DNA of 36,595 nucleotides from an uncultured Solibacteraceae bacterium. Its GTDB lineage: Bacteria > Acidobacteriota > Terriglobia > Bryobacterales > Bryobacteraceae. Positions 8,687 through 14,926 of this stretch are shown piece by piece. The DNA is taken from assembly GCA_964541065.1 (NCBI GenBank), contig CAZIRH010000001.1, positions 1 through 36,595 on the forward strand, in the 5' to 3' direction. The notes below the pieces were generated by a model that worked only from the letters and a program-made list of their open reading frames with translations, was not told the origin of the DNA and did not search any database. The stretch's first letter is position 1; each line of letters begins with the position of its first letter. Both the position numbers and the translations under genes were made by a program.

Positions 8687-11600
8687 TCAGAACAGGATGC
8701 GTGCCCGGAGCCAGATGTTCCGGCTGGGGAAGCGCTGTGCCGCGCGATCGCTGCCCATCAGCGACGCCGTGCTGCCGAAAGCCGCCTGTCCCACGGTGAG
8801 CTCGGCGGAGCTCGAAGGATTGTTCCAGTTCGGGTGGTTGAGCAGGTTCTCTGAGGAAAGGCTGAACCACAGTTCTTTGTTCTCCAGGAAGCGGAACCTC
8901 TTGGTGAGGCTGAGGCTCAGATGCCAGAAGCCGGGTCCCAGGAGGACGTTTCTGCCCGAGTTGCCCAGGACGGTCGCCGCCGGATTGCTGAACGCGGACG
9001 GGTCGAACCACTTGACCGACGCACCTCCGGTCTGTTTCGGCCCGTTGTTCCCGTCCCCGATGCGGTCCGGCCGGGCCACCTGGCCGCAGGTAGCACCGGT
9101 CAGCGGGTTCGTGCCGGACCGGCAGGGAGTGAAGTATTGCCCGCTCCCGGAAAAAAACTCCGGGGAGAGTTCCCAGCCGCTCACGGTGTGGCTGGCCCAC
9201 GCCGGCAGGCCACTCCCTAACTTCTGGCCGCGGCCGAACGGCAGGATCCACAAACCCATGGCGCTGAAGGAGTGCCGGCGCTGGTAACCCACCTGGCCGC
9301 GGTCCAGAGAGCGATTGAAAGCGTTGGAGCTCGTCCCATTGGCGTCGTTCTCGCTTTCCACAATGTCGGAAATGTTCTTGGCGAACGCATAGCCGGCCTG
9401 GAACATGAAGCCGTTCCGGAACCGCCGGCGGGCGTCCAGGATCAGGCCGTGGTAGATCTGGTTGCCCCCATTGTCCAGGTAAGCGATTGTGCCGCCGTAA
9501 CCATAGGCGGAGTAAGGCCTCGAGCGGTTGGTGGTGTCGCCCGGCGTTACCCGCTGGTTAATGTCCCGGCTGTAGATCAGGTTGGTGGTCTTGGTGCCCA
9601 TATAGGAAGCGCGGAACGCGGTCTCCCGGAGCGACTTCTCCAGCGTCAGGTTCCACTGCTGGACGTACGGGTTCGTTATCCGTGGATTGAAGCCGTTCGC
9701 CGTCAGACTGGGGGGGGCCGCCTCCCCGGTCACCACGGCCGGGAAGGGGTAGGGGAACCGAAAGGCCGTGGAGGCCGCGGAGGCGGGAACGTTGTCATAT
9801 CGCGGGTTTCCCCGGTTGAGTAAGCCGCCGGTGGCCATCGTCCCCACGACGCCCTGGCCGATGATGTCGGTGAACTTCCCCCAGGCGCCGCGCACGACGA
9901 AGCTGGAGGAGCCGCGCGGGCGCCAGGCGAAGCCGATCCGCGGGGCCAGGTTGTTGCGGTCCGCGAAACTGAGCGTACGCTCGGGCAGTCCCACCTGGGC
10001 CGCTTCCAGTATCCTCACGTTCGGATAGTTGGCGGCGAAGGCGCTGTTGACGGGCGTGTTCTGCGCCGCCTTGATCATCCCGCCGCTGGCCGGGTCGAAA
10101 TTGTAGAGGGCGTTGTTCTTGTTGTAGATCGGTACCTGGTAGTCCCAGCGGAGGCCCAGGTTCAGGGTGAGATCGCGCCGGACCTTGTAATCATCCTGGA
10201 AGAACAGCCCGTAGTTGGTGCTCCTCATGTACTGGTTCGGATTGATCCCGGTCGCCGTCACGTAGGTCGGGATGCCCAGCAGGAAATCCGCGTAGGCCGC
10301 TCCGGTGTAGGTAGTTTGAAAGAAGAAGTTGCCGAAGGCGCCCTGGGGGATCTGCCAGTAATTGGGCTGTTCGAGATAAACGTTGAGGCCGCCTTTGAAG
10401 GTGTGGCGGTCGTGGATCCAGGACACCGTATCCGTCAACTGGTAGCTGGGCGAGATGTTCGTCGTCGTGTTCTGTTGTGCGAGCGCCGTCAGCCCGGTGA
10501 TATTGATCACCGGGAAGCCCCGCACATCGGGCGCCGGCAGGTTGGAAGGAAACTGGATGCCGAGCTCGCGCAGCACCTCCAGGCCGTTACGCGCGCCGCC
10601 TGCTGGGCTGTTGTCGCGCATGAATCCGACCCGGAATTCATTGAGCAGGTTGGCGCTCAGGTTGTAGGTGTAGGACACGGCGCCGTGATAGAGCTTCCGG
10701 GTGCTGACCCGGAAGCCCATGGTGGGGAGATTGCTGTCGTAGGCCCGGTTGTTGAACTGGCTGCCTCCCACGGACCCGTAGAACCAGTGCCGGTCGCCAA
10801 CCCGGTGATCGAGCCGGAGGTCGAGGGCCTCCTCGCGCGTAGTCCCGCTGGGCCCGATGGTCTCATGATTACGGGTGATCGCGTTGGGGTCCGGCGTATT
10901 CGGTTCCGGGTAGTAAGTGGTTTGGATGTTCCTGGACACCGCATTGATCCGGCTGGCCGGGATGGTGTTGTTCGGGAATGGCGTACGGCTGCTGTCGGTA
11001 TCCCGAACCGCTACCGAAAATACGCCGTTGCGCATGGCCAGGGTGGGAACATCCGCAGTGTAGAGTTGGGTGCCGCCTTGACGCTTGGACTGCCAGCTCA
11101 GGCTGAAGAACGTCCTGTCGCGACCGTTGTAAAGCTTGGGCAGGCGGATCGGCCCGTTCACGTTTCCGCCGAACTGGTGAAAGATCAAGGAAGGTTTCCC
11201 GGTGGTCGAAGTCGCCACGCGCGCGTTCAGCCCCGGCGCGTTGTAGTAATAGTAGACGTCGCCGTGCAGGGCGTTGCCCCCGCTTTTGGAAATCTGCTGG
11301 TACACGGCGGGCGAAGCGTACTCGGCAGAGTTGTTTCCGCCCAGCACGCGGACTTCCTGGACTCCCTCGGCGCTCATCAGGGTCGAACCCGACGGCGAGC
11401 CCGAACCTATCGGGGAGGTGATGCCATCGACCTGGAACTCCGACTGGCTGGGGTAGGCGCCGCCGATGCTGAAGCGGGTCCCGCTGGCGGTGTTTTGCAC
11501 CAGCGGGTTTAAGCGCAACAGCGTCCACGGGCGCTGCGAGTCGGTGGTGGGGCTGAGGAAATGCACCTCGCCGCCGGCGATCGAGGTACCGAGGGAGGAG

Positions 11601-12004
11601 GTATCGGTTTCGAGCAGGCCGGGTGTGGATGTGACCGTAACGGTTTCGGTGAGCGCCCCCAATTGCATGGCTGCGTCTAGGCGCACGGTCTGGCGGGAGC
11701 CCAGGGCGATATCTGCTTTCACGAAGGCTTTGAACCCCTCGCGGTTCACCTGGAGCCGGTAAGTTCCCGCCACCAGGTTCGGGAACTCGTACAGCCCCGC
11801 CTCGTTGGCGGTGGCCTGACGGGCGATGTTGGTTTCCTGGTGAGTCAGCGTCACCTGGGCACCGGGCATGACCGCGCCGTTCGGGTCGGTGACCGTGCCG
11901 AGAATGGTTCCGAAGGTGGATTGCGCCAGCGCTGGGCTGGCGGCGAACGCCGCAGCCAGCAGCGGCACGCAGACCAGAGCTTTCAGGGTCGAGCCAGTAC
12001 GCAT
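8687..12004 (-). CDS. TonB-dependent outer-membrane receptor, CarboxypepD_reg N-terminal domain type (about 1105 aa)
   Basis: Track ORF 8687..12367 is over-extended. ATG 12004 is preceded by GAGGAGGAG and gives MRTGSTLKALVCVPLLAAAFAASPALA|QSTFGTILGTVTDPNGAVMPGAQVTL...GTYRLQVNREGFKAF. A long beta-barrel region follows, ending in ...WLRARILF (terminal aromatic residue typical of outer-membrane barrels). Confidence 0.9.
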   Translation of the reverse strand: MRTGSTLKALVCVPLLAAAFAASPALAQSTFGTILGTVTDPNGAVMPGAQVTLTHQETNIARQATANEAGLYEFPNLVAGTYRLQVNREGFKAFVKADIALGSRQTVRLDAAMQLGALTETVTVTSTPGLLETDTSSLGTSIAGGEVHFLSPTTDSQRPWTLLRLNPLVQNTASGTRFSIGGAYPSQSEFQVDGITSPIGSGSPSGSTLMSAEGVQEVRVLGGNNSAEYASPAVYQQISKSGGNALHGDVYYYYNAPGLNARVATSTTGKPSLIFHQFGGNVNGPIRLPKLYNGRDRTFFSLSWQSKRQGGTQLYTADVPTLAMRNGVFSVAVRDTDSSRTPFPNNTIPASRINAVSRNIQTTYYPEPNTPDPNAITRNHETIGPSGTTREEALDLRLDHRVGDRHWFYGSVGGSQFNNRAYDSNLPTMGFRVSTRKLYHGAVSYTYNLSANLLNEFRVGFMRDNSPAGGARNGLEVLRELGIQFPSNLPAPDVRGFPVINITGLTALAQQNTTTNISPSYQLTDTVSWIHDRHTFKGGLNVYLEQPNYWQIPQGAFGNFFFQTTYTGAAYADFLLGIPTYVTATGINPNQYMRSTNYGLFFQDDYKVRRDLTLNLGLRWDYQVPIYNKNNALYNFDPASGGMIKAAQNTPVNSAFAANYPNVRILEAAQVGLPERTLSFADRNNLAPRIGFAWRPRGSSSFVVRGAWGKFTDIIGQGVVGTMATGGLLNRGNPRYDNVPASAASTAFRFPYPFPAVVTGEAAPPSLTANGFNPRITNPYVQQWNLTLEKSLRETAFRASYMGTKTTNLIYSRDINQRVTPGDTTNRSRPYSAYGYGGTIAYLDNGGNQIYHGLILDARRRFRNGFMFQAGYAFAKNISDIVESENDANGTSSNAFNRSLDRGQVGYQRRHSFSAMGLWILPFGRGQKLGSGLPAWASHTVSGWELSPEFFSGSGQYFTPCRSGTNPLTGATCGQVARPDRIGDGNNGPKQTGGASVKWFDPSAFSNPAATVLGNSGRNVLLGPGFWHLSLSLTKRFRFLENKELWFSLSSENLLNHPNWNNPSSSAELTVGQAAFGSTASLMGSDRAAQRFPSRNIWLRARILF

Positions 12005-12044
12005 GAGCGGACTCCTCCTCGCTGAACAGTACCCGAGAAGGGCG

Positions 12045-12091
12045 CACGCGACAAGTTTCACGCGCCGGGCTAACCGTGGGTTTAACGTTAC
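12045..12091 (-). promoter_or_regulatory. Conserved upstream element, copy A, in front of the TonB-receptor operon. Includes a possible -35 (TTGTCG 12054..12049), with a possible -10 (TACTGT 12031..12026) downstream
   Basis: The minus-strand sequence is GTAACGTTAAACCCACGGTTAGCCCGGCGCGTGAAACTTGTCGCGTG. It aligns with copy B at 14076..14029 and lies at the same distance from the start codon (41 vs 39 nt). It contains the palindrome TAACGTTA. Confidence 0.5.
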
Positions 12092-12122
12092 AAGCTGTGG
12101 CGGCTCAATCAGATCCCCCGCC

Positions 12123-12857
12123 TCAGCCCTTGCGAGGCCGACCCACGAAGCGCACCCAGCCGAACGACTCCGGCGTATGAAACGACCGAGCCGGGGACGC
12201 CATCGGCGACCAGGTGCTGCTCTGACGGCCGGTGATGCCCCCCGTTCGATACAGGTTGAGCCGCCACAGGTCGCCCGGGCGGGGTGGGATGTGGGCCGCG
12301 TCCCGGGCGAAGTTGCGGAACGGGATGGCCAGTTCCACCATCCAGTGGTCGTCCTCCGGGCGTTCATCCTTGCTCGGCAGGCCGTGAAACGTGGTCCGGT
12401 AGCGGACCCCCTCGGGCTCCCAGGTGGGCGGCCCTGTCCACCACTCGGTCCGGCACCGGTTCAGCATGGCTCCTATGGCGTTGATCTCGAAGGTGTAGTA
12501 GTTGGTGACCTTCGCGGGATTCGGGCTCAGGAAGATCTCCACGCAGTCGTCATTCGAGACCGGCCCGTGTCGCTCGGTGACGTAGGCGGATATGTGCCGG
12601 TCGTGGCAGTAGTAGCCCAGGTAGAGGTTCTCGTCGTCCCAGAGCATGCGCACGACCGTCGGCTCGACGGGGCCCGGTTTCCACCTAACGGCGCGGAACT
12701 CGCCCACCGGCGGCACTTGGCGCCAGGCCGGCTCGTCCAGCCGGGCGTCCACTACGATGGGCGAGGAGGCCCGCTGGACGTCGTAGCGGGGCAGGGGCTG
12801 CGCTGCCGCGGTGGTGAGCCACACCACGGCAAGCCCCAAGATGAGCGAGAGCTTCAC
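12123..12857 (-). CDS. Secreted carbohydrate-binding family 9-like (CBM9/DOMON-like) protein
   Basis: Track ORF 12123..13580 is over-extended. GTG 12857 forms a GTGA overlap with the upstream stop at 12854-12856 and gives (M)KLSLILGLAVVWLTTAAA|QP. The segment VVDARLDEPAWRQVPPVGEF...WDDENLYLGYYCHD...DDCVEIFL...YYTFEINA is the typical CBM9-like pattern. Confidence 0.65.
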   Translation of the reverse strand: MKLSLILGLAVVWLTTAAAQPLPRYDVQRASSPIVVDARLDEPAWRQVPPVGEFRAVRWKPGPVEPTVVRMLWDDENLYLGYYCHDRHISAYVTERHGPVSNDDCVEIFLSPNPAKVTNYYTFEINAIGAMLNRCRTEWWTGPPTWEPEGVRYRTTFHGLPSKDERPEDDHWMVELAIPFRNFARDAAHIPPRPGDLWRLNLYRTGGITGRQSSTWSPMASPARSFHTPESFGWVRFVGRPRKG

Positions 12858-13990
12858 CGCAGCCCGGGGCCTTGGGAAGCCAGGCCAGGATCGAATTCCT
12901 TCACCAGCCGCAAGAATTCTTTGGGGTGGATGATCTTGGAGGTTCCGTCCCTGATATATGCCGACTGGAGCAGGAGCTGGAACATCTGCTCGCCGCTCAG
13001 CTCGGGCCGCACCTGCCAACCCAGGGCCATCACGCCGGCCACGTAAGGGATGGCCCAACTGAGGCCGCCGCGCAAACCGTACTGGTATCCGAAATCGCCC
13101 CGGTCGTATTCCTCGGCCTGGGTCCGGGGGCCGGTGGGGGCTGCCAGGCGGTCCGGGGGTACTATTGAGACGGGCCCGTCGGGGGCGCCGGGCACGCAGT
13201 TCGCCGGATCCTCGGGGTCGCCTCCGCCGAACCAGCACCGGGAGATGCGGCCTCGGTGCGCCGTGCAGTCGAGTACCAGCAGACCTTCCGCTTCGGCGAT
13301 CGCGGTGACCCTGTCCCACCTCTCGTTGTTGTTCTGAAACGGAGAACCCGGGCCGGAGGGCGACGCGGAAACCGAGACCACGCGAATCTTGCTCTCCGGC
13401 GGAAGCTTGCGATTCTCTTCCAGGATCCACTCCAGGGCCACGGCGTAGTATTCGGCGTCCGCCAGCCAGGAGGGAGCCGCCGCGAAGTAGACAATCGCAC
13501 CAGGCGCCGTGCCGACGTTCGTCCCGACCAGCAGGCTGGTCACGGCCGGCCCGTGCATACTGCTCTGCTCGGGTCCGCAACCCGTGTCCTTGTACGCCGC
13601 GATCTTGCCCTCAAACTCGGGATGGTCGAGGTACATGGGCTGGTCGATAATGGCCACCCGCACGCCTTGGCCCGTGATGCCCTGCTCGTGAATTTCGCGG
13701 ACACCCAGCCCCGGGTTGATGGCGGCTTTGAGCAGGTCTTCCGGCTTGACGTCGGCCGGCATCCGTGAGGCGTCGGGCCAGAGCGTCTTCTGATTGAACT
13801 TCAGCGTGGGCAGCAAGTACCCCATTCCGGAGAGATCCATCTGGCTGACGTCTTTGGCCCCTGGAACGGGCCGGCCTCGCATCCAACGCACGTCGTCGTA
13901 GGGCTGGAGGGTGGGAGCCTGGCCCACGGCCATCGCACATAGAAGTGTGCCGGCCGCACACAGCCGGCCGACGCTGGTTGCCAGGAGCAT
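12854..13990 (-). CDS. Secreted S8-family (subtilisin-like) serine peptidase
   Basis: Track ORF 12854..14629 is over-extended, running antisense into the DUF364 gene. ATG 13990 has GAGGAG upstream and gives MLLATSVGRLCAAGTLLCAMAVG. Catalytic-triad contexts are GVRVAIIDQ (Asp), SSMHGPAVTS (His) and GGLSWAIPYVAGV (Ser). Confidence 0.8.
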   Translation of the reverse strand: MLLATSVGRLCAAGTLLCAMAVGQAPTLQPYDDVRWMRGRPVPGAKDVSQMDLSGMGYLLPTLKFNQKTLWPDASRMPADVKPEDLLKAAINPGLGVREIHEQGITGQGVRVAIIDQPMYLDHPEFEGKIAAYKDTGCGPEQSSMHGPAVTSLLVGTNVGTAPGAIVYFAAAPSWLADAEYYAVALEWILEENRKLPPESKIRVVSVSASPSGPGSPFQNNNERWDRVTAIAEAEGLLVLDCTAHRGRISRCWFGGGDPEDPANCVPGAPDGPVSIVPPDRLAAPTGPRTQAEEYDRGDFGYQYGLRGGLSWAIPYVAGVMALGWQVRPELSGEQMFQLLLQSAYIRDGTSKIIHPKEFLRLVKEFDPGLASQGPGLR

Positions 13991-14028
13991 AGTGGCACTC
14001 CTCGGTGAGAGTCTAGGCTTCCAGCGGT

Positions 14029-14076
14029 CACGAGTGCAAGTGTCATCCCGCCGGGCAACGGTTGGTCTAACGTTAC
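14029..14076 (-). promoter_or_regulatory. Conserved upstream element, copy B, in front of the S8 peptidase / CBM9 operon and within the divergent region shared with the DUF364 operon. Possible -35 is TTGCAC 14039..14034 and possible -10 is TAGACT 14015..14010
   Basis: The minus-strand sequence is GTAACGTTAGACCAACCGTTGCCCGGCGGGATGACACTTGCACTCGTG. By hand alignment about 37 of 48 positions are identical to copy A. Confidence 0.5.
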
Positions 14077-14124
14077 CGGCGAATCCTGCGGGCGGCGGCC
14101 CACCGGCCGCGGCCGGCTGCGGTG

Positions 14125-14130
14125 TACAAT
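14125..14130 (+). promoter_or_regulatory. Possible -10 box (TACAAT, preceded by TG) for the DUF364 operon
   Basis: ggTGTACAAT lies 53 nt upstream of GTG 14183. There is no convincing -35 hexamer. Similar TG-adjacent boxes occur at 30110-30117 (TGTATACT, upstream of 30140) and on the minus strand at 22001..21996 (TACAAT, upstream of the GH28 gene). Confidence 0.3.
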
Positions 14131-14182
14131 CGCAGGTACAAGCAGAGCGCTGGATGGCGGAGCCGCAACCCGAGGGACGATC

Positions 14183-14926
14183 GTGATTGTCGATGAGCTG
14201 CTGGAGCGGATGGCGCCCAAGGCGGAGGGCCGCACGGTCTCGACGGTGTGCGTGGGACTGGCCTATACCGCGGTGTGCCTCAAAGGGGGCGGCTGCGGCC
14301 TGGCCTACACTTTTCACGAAGACGCCGGCGAGGGCTGCTCGGTGGTCAAAGAGGCCGGGACCTTGGCCGGACGCTCCGCCGGGGAGCTGGCCCGCTGGGT
14401 CAAGACGCTGGATGCCACCAGCATGGCCCTGGGAGTGGCCACCCTCAACGCCTTGGTTGAGCCGCCGGCGGGGGCCAGGGAGGCCGATGTCACCGAGCTC
14501 ATCGAGGTGTCCCCTACGGATGTCGTGGGCATGGTGGGCTACTTCGCTCCGCTGGTAAGCGTCTTGCGAGAGCGCGCCGCCCGCCTGCACATCTTCGAGC
14601 GGCGGCCCAGGGACCTGGCGGGCGAGCACCCCGACTGGACGGCGCCGGTCCTGCTTCCAGAGTGCGACGTGGTGATCATCTCCGGCACCGCAGTCATCAA
14701 CCGCACCATCGACGCGCTACTGGCGCACGTCACCCGGGCCCGCGAGGTCGTGATCCTGGGGGCCTCCACGCCGCTGGTGCCGGAGGTGTTCGCCGCGCGA
14801 GGCGTGACGCTGCTCTCTGGAGTGCAGGTGCGCGACGCGGACCGCGTCCTTCGGGTGGTCAGCGAGGGCGGCGGGATGCGGCGGTTCTCCGACGCGGTGC
14901 GGAAGCTGAGCGTGCGGTTGAAATGA
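14183..14926 (+). CDS. DUF364/DUF4213-type Rossmann-like protein (family proposed to be heavy-metal/chelate related; function undemonstrated)
   Basis: 247-aa ORF starting at GTG 14183, with GAGGGA 5 nt upstream. The family-like pattern is ...GLAYT...ALGVATLNAL...VGMVGYF.PL...LPECDVVIISGTAVINRTIDALL...VVILGASTPLVPEVFAARGVTLLSGVQV.D. This assignment is from memory of the family, not from a search. Confidence 0.7.
   Translation: MIVDELLERMAPKAEGRTVSTVCVGLAYTAVCLKGGGCGLAYTFHEDAGEGCSVVKEAGTLAGRSAGELARWVKTLDATSMALGVATLNALVEPPAGAREADVTELIEVSPTDVVGMVGYFAPLVSVLRERAARLHIFERRPRDLAGEHPDWTAPVLLPECDVVIISGTAVINRTIDALLAHVTRAREVVILGASTPLVPEVFAARGVTLLSGVQVRDADRVLRVVSEGGGMRRFSDAVRKLSVRLK

Noticed and set aside
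14029-14045. Sigma54-type (-24/-12) reading of TGACACTTGCA in conserved element copy B
   Set aside because: The GG/GC elements and their spacing do not fit TGGCAC-N5-TTGC, and copy A (TGAAACTTGTC) fits even less.
14103-14116. Perfect 14-nt palindrome CCGGCCGCGGCCGG in the divergent intergenic region
   Set aside because: It is pure GC and made of CCGG/GCGC units that are common in this composition. It has no second copy and no flanking extension, so it is probably chance or a minor hairpin.
14077-14182. Possible cobalamin or other riboswitch upstream of the DUF364 / TonB-dependent transporter operon (GAATCC, GC-rich helices, CCTGCG...CGCAGG pairing)
   Set aside because: I could not find the conserved B12-box-type core (GCCACTG-like and AGCCAGGAGACCTGCC-like segments as I remember them). 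A TACAAT -10-like box at 14125-14130 would leave only about a 45-nt leader. An Infernal/Rfam scan would settle it.
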